Assembly (NCBI GenBank): GCA_964187785.1
Contig: OZ076409.1
Coordinates: 31,746,001-31,810,000, forward strand
Reading direction: 5' to 3'
Length of the DNA: 64,000 nucleotides
Origin: Amphiscolops sp. MND2022
Lineage: Eukaryota
Below, piece by piece: positions 49,229 through 60,375 of this stretch. The notes under the pieces are model-generated. The model was not told the DNA's origin. It saw only the letters and a list, made by a program, of their open reading frames with translations, and ran no database searches. Numbering within the stretch: the first letter of the stretch is position 1; each line of letters starts with the position of its first letter. Both the position numbers and the translations under genes were made by a program.

Positions 49229-52200
49229 TTGTCTGATATATCTCCATCAGCTCCAAGTATTCCTTCTACTCCTGAATCTTCAGTATCAAACACTACAAAC
49301 TCTAGTAATGTAACTCCTACTACTCCTTCTGAAAGACCAAGATCATACGTTTCTGAAACAACATCTTCATCACTCCTTCATAGACCACCTATAACTGAAA
49401 TACCTATAAACACTCGTACTCAACAAACTCCTATTAACACTCCTATAGTACACATACCAAACCCTGAAAGTGTTGAACAATACGTAAATTACAAACATCC
49501 TACAGCTATCAAAACTGTTAGACTACAACCTCAGCTTAGTCTTGTACAAATCCCTGATACTGAATATACAAAATTACCTTCACTGAAATTACCATCAGAA
49601 CTTAGTACTACTACTTCAAAACTTTCTCCACCATTAAAACCTCTTCGAAAACCTTCTACATCACTCTCAAATCTCTTAGACAATACATCAGAATACACTC
49701 CATCACAAGATACAACAGGCCCACTTTTTGTACCACACCATAGTTATAATCTTCGAGATCTTCCTTCACGAAGACTTAGTACAGACACTTCTACACTTAA
49801 CCTATCTGCTCTTTCTAGCAATTCTACTTTAAGACTTCTACGACAACACGCACAACCGTTGTCTTCTGAAACAATTTCTTCTGACTTTATACCTTCTCCA
49901 TATTTTACATCTGGTTTTGACACCGCTTCTCTACTTTCCTCAGACGCTCAGACTGCATTCCTTTCCGGAAATCTTTTCTCAGAAGTTATAATACCTACTC
50001 CTGTTCCCGCACATATTAGAATACCTGAATATTATACTGCAGATCAATCTAGACCTCCAACTCCAAATTTTGCTGACTACCCACTTAGAGTCGATGGTAT
50101 AACCATCTACGACCCACAGCAGGATCCTAGATTTCCTATCCTTGCATAACGTTTCATTACATCATTACAAACAACGACCTCTTATCTCACAAAAGAAAAC
50201 AAAAAGAACTAAAACGCCTTCAGACACCTAATCTAGAGCTCAAATTTGAAGTAAAAGTCAAATTTCAAGGTTTAAATCTACATCCAATATTTCACGTCTC
50301 AAAGATTGAACATAAAACTTCTCCTGCTCCTTTTGAAGTAGTACACATTGATTTTGAACGAGACCTCAATATACCTACTATCACATATGGCAAAATCATA
50401 TTCTGTAACCCGTACTCAGGTCTTAAATATACTACCTCTTTTTGAACTCCTGACCACTTCATTTATAACAATTCCAATACTTTATTCACACTTATTTAAC
50501 TTTACCTTTTCAATACCCATAACACCCTCTGACACAGAAAACTATCTTCCATCGGATGATCCGAACATTACAAATCTCATGGTTTCTCATTACGACTGTG
50601 CAAAACAACACAATTTGAGACAATTTAATTTACCTAATGTAAAACAATGCACTGAAGCTCCTTCTGACATTAAACATGCAAGTGTTAAAGCCCGTGTATT
50701 TGTCCGAGCAAAAACTAAACGCATCAAAGTTTTTAAATGTGTTGCTTATGCAAAGAAAGAAAGGAAAATATGCTTTCAAGGTTCCGTAAACTACCGTCGT
50801 GTTGATAGAACAGTATGGAATCATAAAACATTACCGCTTCCTGTTACTCTTGATTCATTAGAATGTAAAAACATTATAAGACATTCAAATGGTACAAATG
50901 ATAAAATTTTGAACAACCTCTGCTACAATAAAACTTCCATACTCTTAGAGGACCATTATTTTCAAGAACGATTAGAACAATATCAAACTCCTTTCACTGT
51001 ATACGAATTGAACAAAATGTACACAGGTACATTTACATTTATGCCCGCCGATAAAAACTGGGTATATGACCCTACACAAAACCCTTCTCATAACTGTCCT
51101 GCTCATCACCAATTCGAAGTCAACCTAGTCAGTTGGCGATTAGAAATTTCCGAAGTAGAACTTACTTATGATGACACATCTAATGACATGATAATAGATG
51201 GACATACATTACCCTGCTATTTTGCAGATGGTTTTTGTAAACCCACAACGAAAACCCCTTTTACTCTTGTTTGGTTCAATGATGACTATTGCCTAATTTT
51301 CACATTACAAGACTTCATTGGTCGTATGACTAAAATTGAAGATAGATATTGGATTGAAACAGACTCTTTTGTACATTCTCCACACTCAATAAAACCTAAA
51401 ACAACACAACATCCAAATAACCCAAGTCTTTCAAGATTTGAAGTTTTTCCTACAGCACAAACCTTTTGTGGTAAACCAGACCCTCTTTATTCTACACAAT
51501 ACTCAGACCTTTTTGTTACATACACTGATGGTTTCAATATGCATACAGGACAACCCAATCCTCATTCTATGATTGATGAATATACTTCTGGTAAAATAGT
51601 ATTGGACACTTCAAATAACAAAATAATATTTCCTGCACTAAATGTTTCAAACAATTTTGCTACCATTGACTATGACGCACATATAAACTCGAAAATAGAT
51701 TACACTATTAACCATGTTTTTAGATCAATGACAGTACAAGAACTAAATACTCTACATACCATATGCGAATTAGAACGAAATCAACTTCTTACAATACTCG
51801 CCATGTCAGTACAAAATCCTCAACTTGCTGGTTTTCTTTTAACCGGTAATCGAAGTAATTTCTTATACGTTGAAGGCCCCACCGCCTGGCTTTATGACTG
51901 TTCTCATTTTTTATCTCCTTTATATAAAGCTGATAGATGTGATAATAATCCACGTAACATTATTGAACTAGATCCTGATCCAGACGATCAAGATTTTTAC
52001 AGTCCTGGACCTGAACCTATTAAACGCAAACCTCCACTAATGTTTACACCTTCACAAATTGAAACTACAATACGTCCTAACACGTTTACAGCTCAAGATG
52101 CTGGTATATATACTAATGCAGAACTTGACCAATTTTGGAATCGTATTTTATTTTCCAAACATTCTGATTCTACACTTCAATTACCAGGCAAAGCTCTTAG

Positions 52201-52917
52201 CTATTCTTTCATTTCATCTAATACTCCTAATAATGATGCAGATTCTGGTAATCCCTATAATACATTACGTATAGGACTACATGATAAACTCTTGAATTTA
52301 ACTCCTCTTTTTACGCCTACATGGTTTGCAGATGCTTTTATTGCACTTTTTGGATACCCTTGTTACATTCTCACACAATGTGGTATATACTTTTACATTT
52401 CTTTTTGTACAAGCTACTCTCACACTCATTGTCAAACTTTACAAAACAATATCTATTAAATATAATCTCAAAAATAATATTACCTTATTTAGTTCTATAG
52501 CACATGGTTTTTTTAATGTTCTTACAGCACGAATGGTCAATGACCTCAATGAGACTTAAAACAAAAAACCCAAAAGTACACTTTTAAAATCCAAATCCTT
52601 AGATAATTTTATTGACACTTCAACTGATGTTACTTCCCCTCCACCTTTCTATACTAAACGTCCTAACAAAATTCAATTTCCCAAATTTACCTTGTTTCCG
52701 AAACGACACCACAATTCTCACCAAAACAGCTCCATTTTTATTCTCTCCTGTTCAACATCCTCCACTTCCTAGTTATACTCATAAAAACTTTCATCCGAAT
52801 GACAATCTAACTACTCAACATGACATTTTAATTAACAATTCTGTCACCTCTACTACGGATACACCAATTAAAATGTTTTCACGGATAAACTATCTTTTTC
52901 CTCCTCCATCTTCTTGA
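49229..52917 (+). pseudogene. Envelope glycoprotein (class III fusogen-like) with a long S/T/P-rich leader
   Basis: 49229 and 50348 are in one frame. Internal hydrophobic signal-like stretch, YDC, Cys-rich ectodomain with NxT/S sequons, CYFADGFC..LVW, ICELERNQL..NPQLAGFLL..EG..WLYDC, and a C-terminal TM segment in frameshifted 52326..52559. Confidence 0.75.
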
Positions 52918-53131
52918 ACACTCTCTCAGTTTTTTGTAAACTTTCTTCCAGCACACTTGCCTACTATTTCATCTTTTCACAATTGCTACTCCTCCACCGC
53001 TTGAAACTCTTGCAGAAGTTCATCTTCCTCAATCCAATAACACATCTCTAATCATAACAGTTTTCAAAAACTCTTCACCTAAAGTTGATAAATCCACTCG
53101 TTAGTGTCATTTAAAGTACTTTCACTTTAAA

Positions 53132-54520
53132 GTGATAAGGCCTCTTGGAATAGATAACACTGTGATTGTTGATGTTTTTCTTTCAATTACAATGACACAA
53201 GCACAAATTGATCTACAAACACAGCTTGAACAAGCAACCCCAACAGATCTTATAACTAGACCTCTTTCAAATGATTCTCCCGTTCTCTATATCGAGACTT
53301 CTGAACAAACACCTCCAACTTTTCTTGAACAAATGGAACACACAAAAGTTGAACACGAAAATTCAAAACCTACTCCTTCACAAGACGCTACTGATCATAC
53401 ACAAACAACACCACTCCCTCCAAAAAAGCGATATGAAATTATGAAAGATCCAATCTTTCTTCCTTCACCAATATACCCTCCTTCAATACCTTCAAAAATT
53501 TCACTTTGCAAGAATCGTGATGATCATTTGATCCCACTTCTTTCTAATGGCGATTTCGTCTTTAAAGCACAACTAACTTCTCTATATATGCATCCTACTG
53601 ATTATTCATTCCGCTTATATGACGAAAATCAAGACTTCTTCACTTCAATTGCCTCCAAAATAATGGGTCCATACCAATATTGGCTCGATAATGGAGTCAA
53701 AACTTTCTCTCTACAATTCAATTTTCTCCGTCCTTCTATATACGATCTCAAAACAGATGAATCTGATCCATCTTACCTTTCTATTTCACAAAAAGCTACT
53801 CATCATCAAACATATACTAAGTTTCTACAATACACCAAACCACAAAATAACATTTTCGTCAATTACAAATATACATCACCGTTCACAATGACAAATATGT
53901 ACACTCTTGACCACTCTTGTATAACAGGCTATCTTCGAAACTATGACCCTATAAAACAATACTTCTGTTTGCTTCCGTACAATAATACTTCACGTCCACT
54001 TATTGTACCTCAAGAATACCTCATACATTACGATGACTTTTTGTTGCCTTGCAACATTCCTACTCAAATTGTCAAACCTCTCACTGTCATTAAACACCTA
54101 GTATCTTCTCCACTTGACGATAAAGATAGAACTTACTATACAGCACTCTACAAGCAAAAATATTCCTACAATGAACTTCTCTTCATTTCTGCAAAGACTA
54201 TTTCTTTTATGGTACAAGCTGAACAAAAAAGTGAACATAAATCACACTCTTCACCTATAAAAAACGCTCCTGACAATCTTTCCTCTGTACTGAATAACCG
54301 AACACTTCGCGATATGACAAATTTACTTGAACCCTATAAACGAAACTCCTCTGAAACACCTATCACAACACTCACACATATACTACACGGCTATGACAGA
54401 ACACACAAACTTCTTCAAACACTCGATTTAGACTCTCAACGCATCACTCAATCATCCCAAGCAATTCAATCTGCTTTGGAAACTATAACTACTCTTTTTA
54501 ACTCAACTAATCTTCATTAA
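53132..54520 (+). CDS. Accessory ORF of unknown function inside the giant Gypsy element
   Basis: 462-codon open frame between env and the 3' LTR (first ATG ~53192), with the element's C/A-rich composition and a C-terminal coiled-coil-like stretch. Confidence 0.65.
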   Translation: MIRPLGIDNTVIVDVFLSITMTQAQIDLQTQLEQATPTDLITRPLSNDSPVLYIETSEQTPPTFLEQMEHTKVEHENSKPTPSQDATDHTQTTPLPPKKRYEIMKDPIFLPSPIYPPSIPSKISLCKNRDDHLIPLLSNGDFVFKAQLTSLYMHPTDYSFRLYDENQDFFTSIASKIMGPYQYWLDNGVKTFSLQFNFLRPSIYDLKTDESDPSYLSISQKATHHQTYTKFLQYTKPQNNIFVNYKYTSPFTMTNMYTLDHSCITGYLRNYDPIKQYFCLLPYNNTSRPLIVPQEYLIHYDDFLLPCNIPTQIVKPLTVIKHLVSSPLDDKDRTYYTALYKQKYSYNELLFISAKTISFMVQAEQKSEHKSHSSPIKNAPDNLSSVLNNRTLRDMTNLLEPYKRNSSETPITTLTHILHGYDRTHKLLQTLDLDSQRITQSSQAIQSALETITTLFNSTNLH

Positions 54521-54943
54521 ACTCTTCTACAGGTAATACAAATTTCCTAATTTTTCTTCTCTGGTACACTCTATGATACATCTTTGACACTATATCGAAG
54601 GTATTTAGATTTTTACCTACTTAATCAAAGTAATATCTTGCTTTCTGAATGAAATCTCAGGACTATCTTTAAAGTACATACTTATTTCCTATAGTACATG
54701 TCAAAAATTACTATTTATGTCTAAAGCTACACAAAAAACAATGATACAAGACATACAAGACAGTATAGCACAAAACTATATATGATACATTCTAGCACCT
54801 TTTATATATGGTACTTCTCTTTTATTGTCGTTGTTAGATTTCTTACACTCCGTGTGTTTTAGAAACATCCATTCTTCTTCCTCCTCTTTCCATTTTCTTT
54901 CAGAACATCTCCACTTCTTCTTCTTCTACAGCACACTCTCGTC

Positions 54944-55399
54944 ATGGCCCCCAACGCTGAAGTAGAAGATATAATAACTATGACTTCCAGTCAATCAAAA
55001 GTACACAGCCTCAAAGCCGCCATCTTTCATACAATGGCCTCTTGTAAACTCTCTCTTGAAATCAACAAGAATAAAATCACCCCCAAAACGATTATTGCTT
55101 TTCTCAAAGTTCTCTACAGTGTTGCCCAGATCAAGACGAAAAAAGTTACTTTCGAACAGTACTCTCGCATTCATTTGGCTGGCCCAAAAATCGCAATTTG
55201 CGAGACTGCATCCAATGCTGTTTTTGTTTTGAATTCTGCATTTACATCAAAAGACCAATATTTCCAAACTGCCATACAAGAAGCAATCCTAGCCTTTAAT
55301 AACGTTCTCAAAGATTTTGGGTACACCCAAACCCTTGAATACTACGACCCTAATGTGCATCAAGCACATCCTCCGCCGCAACATCCTCTGTTTCAATAA
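54944..55399 (+). CDS. Second accessory ORF of unknown function
   Basis: 151 aa, ATG in gtcATGg context, preceded by polypyrimidine tracts with cag acceptors at ~54903 and ~54931. Confidence 0.6.
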   Translation: MAPNAEVEDIITMTSSQSKVHSLKAAIFHTMASCKLSLEINKNKITPKTIIAFLKVLYSVAQIKTKKVTFEQYSRIHLAGPKIAICETASNAVFVLNSAFTSKDQYFQTAIQEAILAFNNVLKDFGYTQTLEYYDPNVHQAHPPPQHPLFQ

Positions 55400-57177
55400 T
55401 TGACAAAAACTTTCACTCACTTTTATTTACTCTTCAGCTACATCTCGTCTTCATTTCTTCATCCTTCTTCGATGATGTCCCGACATGTGGTTGCTGATCA
55501 CTCCTCCAAAGAACTACGCTGACACTTCTCACTGCTACATGCACACCCTCCAGATGGTCAACATCATCCATCGCCACTGGGTTCTTCCATATTGACAACC
55601 TGCTTCTGCAACTGTCAACTGGTCTTCACAATCGTCACTGCAATGCTGACTTCTTTCAACTTGACTGGTCTTCTCACTTTGCTCCACTGAACTGGACTCA
55701 ATTCACTTGTCACTAACTGAACTCGCCGCAATTCATTTGCCAATTTCAAACCATTTATTTGCTGTAAATGTCCCACTGTATCTTAATAATTTCAATGTAA
55801 CTTTAACGTATAATCTTATTTATTGTAAATTCATAATATAACTTTAATAACGCATAATCTTATATAATCTTAATTTTCTATATTCTTACTATAATTACCC
55901 CCTCTGTTGCTAAACCCTTACAAAATTTCATCTATAATTATCTTTGTAACCGCAAAATATATCTTCCCAAATTATATCCCCATTGTCATGTGCATAATAC
56001 ACCTGTTTAACAATTCTATAATCCCCATCTTTTACAGAACAAATGTCCTACTTACAGCACAAGAAATTTTCTAAGATTTTTGACAAAAATTTTTTCTTTC
56101 ACAAAACGTGTTCTACACCTTTGTTTTACTTCCCAAAAGCATTCCCCAAAAATTTTCAAAATTTTACTTTTGAACTTTTTAAAACTGTAACTTCTCGTTT
56201 TTCAATGGTTGAAACTTGTAATTGACAAAGTTTTTTTCTGCCTTGAACTTTTTGCTTCTGCTCTACTCTTCACTTTCATTGAGAATGAACTCTCACTCGA
56301 ACCTTGACTTTTCGAAACTTCTTCACTTTTGGTTCACATACCCGCCAATGTTGATTCACCACTCATTGACAACTTCACGCTTTAATTCTTCAACTTGAAA
56401 AGTTTTCAATGCTGACTAACTCATGTTGATGACAAATTTTTTCAAACAAGCCGATGGCTGATACGAAAAGAAACATGAAATACTAAATAGTTGTCAACAA
56501 TAACTTGATCGAAAACTGTCAGTTAAAGAAACTGAAAGAACTTGAACCTTTTTGCACCAATTGAATCGTCTATGACGTAAGAAGTTAAATCGTCTTAGAT
56601 TGTTCTCTCTCCTTAAGTATGGTACACTACAGAACGAAACTCATGCAACTCAAGTACAACACATATGAAACAAACCCATGCATATAACATCTAAAACAAA
56701 AACTTTTAGAACTCCTCAAACCCAAAGTGCATATATGTAATTTTAATTTTAAATTCCCGGTTAATTGTGATGCCAAGATGCATGTCTTCAAAGATTCTAC
56801 AAATCTGAAATACTCTGAACTTTTAACCAAAGTAATTAGTAAATGTAACCTCATTTGAAAGCTAATTATTCTAGAAGAAACTTCACTTAATATATCCTGT
56901 AACAAGCTTCTTAGATTCATCCTGTTGCTGTCACTTTGTTAATTGATGAAACCTACCCTGAATAATAGAATATATCTACTCGGAGAAATTGAGAATTCAT
57001 CCTGACGATCGGTCTTCTCTCCAGCACTTCAAGAACTGAGATCTCAAAAATAGATTGTACGTAGAACTAGCTAGCTACAAGGTATAAGTAAGACGACTCT
57101 GCTGTTAAAATCCTAGACTTCTTATGTCCGTAATAAAACATCTAAAAGAAACAACCACCACATTTTTTAACAGCTCA

Positions 57178-60100
57178 TGACAACAGTTGGATTTCGCACC
57201 TACCAAAATGTGTTTTGAAGAAATCATAAAAATTGCGCCTTTCAAAGAAATTTGCAGTGCCGCCAAAGTGATTGGAGAACTCGCACACTAACATTAGCAG
57301 TGCAAAAGAAGGTTTCAAGGATGTGAAAAATGATTTGTGGTTTCTTTATTTTCATGGTTATCAAAGCTACACATTGGTGTGAGAATTCTTTGCATGTTGT
57401 TATTTCTTGAACTGTTTTGTGACTTCATGAAAATTGTTCTAGATTTTTCAAACACTTTTCTGAGTTGTTGAAATTCGAATGTTCAAAGAATTGACAACAG
57501 TTGGATTTCGCACCTACCAAAATGTGTTTTGAAGAAATCACAAAAACTGCGCCTTTCCAAGAACTTTGCAGTGCCGCCAAAATGATTGGAGAACTCACAC
57601 ACTAATATTAGCAGTGCAAAAGAAGGTTTCAAGGATGAGAAAAATGATTTTTGGGTACTTTGTTTTCATGGCTATCAATGCTACACATGTAACAGCATTG
57701 CATTGGTGTGAGAATTCTTCGCATGTTGTTATTTCTTGAACTGTTTTGTGAATTCATGAAAATTTTTCCAGATTCTTCAAACACTTTTCTGACTTGTTGA
57801 AATTCGAATGTTTAGAGAATTGACAACAGTTGGATTGCGCACCCGCCAAAATGTGTTTTGAAGAAATCATAAAAATTGCGCCTTTCAAAGAAATTTGCAG
57901 TGCCGCCAAAGTGATTGGAGAACTCGCACACTAACATTAGCAGTGCAAAAGAAGGTTTCAAGGATGTGAAAAATGATTTGTGGTTTCTTTATTTTCATGG
58001 TTATCAAAACTACACATTCGTGTGAGAATTCTTTGCATGTTGTTATTTCTTGAACTGTTTTGTGACTTCATGAAAATTGTTCTAGATTTTTCAAACACTT
58101 TTCTGAGTTTTTGAACTTCGAATGTTCAAAGAATTGACAACAGTTGGATTTCGCACCTACCAAAATGTGTTTTGAAGAAATCACAAAAACTGCGCCTTTC
58201 CAAGAGCTTTGCAGTGCCGCCAAAATGATTGGAGAACTCACACACTAATATTAGCAGTGCAAAAGAAGGTTTCAAGGATGATAAAAAAGATTTTTGGGTT
58301 CTTTGTTTTCATGGCTATCAATGCTACACATGTAACAGCATTGCATTGGTGTGAGAATTCTTCGCATGTTGTTATTTCTTGAACTGTTTTGTGAATTCAT
58401 GAAAATTTTTCCAGATTCTTCAAACACTTTTCTGACTTGTTGAAATTCGAATGTTTAGAGAATTGACAACAGTTGGATTGCGCACCCGCCAAAATGTGTT
58501 TTGAAGAAATCACAAAAACTGCGCCTTCCCAAGAACTTTGCAGTGCCGCCAAAATGATTGGAGAACTCACACACTAATATTAGCAGTGCAAAAGAAGGTT
58601 TCAAGGATGAGAAAAATGATTTTTGGGTACTTTGTTTTCATGGCTATCAATGCTACACATGTAACAGCATTGCATTGGTGTGAGAATTCTTCGCATGTTG
58701 TTATTTCTTGAACTGTTTTGTGAATTCATGAAAATTTTTCCAGATTCTTCAAACACTTTTCTGACTTGTTGAAATTCGAATGTTTAGAGAATTGACAACA
58801 GTTGGATTGCGCACCCGCCAAAATGTGTTTTGAAGAAATCATAAAAATTGCGCCTTTCAAAGAAATTTGCAGTGCCGCCAAAGTGATTGGAGAACTCGCA
58901 CACTAACATTAGCAGTGCAAAAGAAGGTTTCAAGGATGTGAAAAATGATTTGTGGTTTCTTTATTTTCATGGTTATCAAAGCTACACATTGGTGTGAGAA
59001 TTCTTTGCATGTTGTTATTTCTTGAACTGTTTTGTGACCTCATGAAAATTGTTCTAGATTTTTCAAACACTTTTCTGAGTTGTTGAAATTCGAATGTTCA
59101 AAGAATTGACAACAGTTGGATTTCGCACCTACCAAAATGTGTTTTGAAGAAATCACAAAAACTGCGCCTTTCCAAGAACTTTGCAGTGCCGCCAAAATGA
59201 TTGGAGAACTCACACACTAATATTAGCAGTGCAAAAGAAGGTTTCAAGGATGAGAAAAATGATTTTTGGGTTCTTTGTTTTCATGGCTATCAATGCTACA
59301 CATGTAACAGCATTGCATTGGTGTGAGAATTCTTCGCATGTTGTTATTTCTTGAACTGTTTTGTGAATTCATGAAAATTTTTCCAGATTCTTCAAACACT
59401 TTTCTGACTTGTTGAAATTCGAATGTTTAGAGAATTGACAACAGTTGGATTGCGCACCCGCCAAAATGTGTTTTGAAGAAATCACAAAAACTGCGCCTTT
59501 CCAAGAACTTTGCAGTGCCGCCAAAATGATTGGAGAACTCACACACTAATATTAGCAGTGCAAAAGAAGGTTTCAAGGATGAGAAAAATGATTTTTGGGT
59601 ACTTTGTTTTCATGGCTATCAATGCTACACATGTAACAGCATTGCATTGGTGTGAGAATTCTTCGCATGTTGTTATTTCTTGAACTGTTTTGTGAATTCA
59701 TGAAAATATTTCCAGATTCTTCAAACACTTTTCTGACTTGTTGAAATTCGAATGTTTAGAGAATTGACAACAGTTGGATTGCGCACCCGCCAAAATGTGT
59801 TTTGAAGAAATCATAAAAATTGCGCCTTTCAAAGAAATTTGCAGTGCCGCCAAAGTGATTGGAGAACTCGCACACTAATATTAGCAGTGCAAAAGAAGGT
59901 TTCAAGGATGAGAAAAATGATTTTTGGGTTCTTTGTTTTCATGGCTATCAATGCTACACATGTAACAGCATTGCATTGGTGTGAGAATTCTTCGCATGTT
60001 GTTATTTCTTGAACTGTTTTGTGAATTCATGAAAATTTTTCCAGATTCTTCAAACACTTTTCTGACTTGTTGAAATTCGAATGTTTAGAGAATTGACAAC

Positions 60101-60375
60101 AGTTGGATTGCGCACCCGCCAAAATGTGTTTCGAAGAAATCACAAAAATTGCGCCTTTCAAAGAAATTTGCAGTGCCGCCAAAATGATTAGAGAACTCAC
60201 ACACTAATATTAGCAGTGCAAAAGAAGGTTTCAAGGATGAGAAAAATGATTTGTGATTTCTTTATTTTCATGGTTATCAATGCTACACATTGGTGTGAGA
60301 ATTCTTCGCATGTTGTTATTTCTTGAACTGCTTTGTGAATTCATGAAATTTTTCTATTTTCTTCAAACACGTTTC
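57178..60375. repeat. Satellite array, right arm (~10 units)
   Basis: Same monomer as the left arm, resuming in register after the TGAC TSD. Carries its own diagnostic variants. Confidence 0.95.

Larger units (their letters stand above)
39445..57177 (+). mobile_element. Giant (17.7 kb) envelope-bearing Ty3/Gypsy element
   Basis: 412-bp LTRs at 39445-39856 and 56766-57177 (TG..CA, 14 mismatches by my count). 4-bp TSD TGAC. PBS TGGTGCGACC at 39859. TATA-like tataag and AATAAA in the LTR. Content: gag-PR-RT-RH-INT, env and extra ORFs. Confidence 0.95.

Noticed and set aside
35387..60375. Regularly spaced repeats as a CRISPR array, or the repeated 83-93 aa ORFs as genes
   Set aside because: Whole ~310-330 bp units repeat with no unique spacers, in a eukaryotic context. 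The ORFs are by-products of the satellite.
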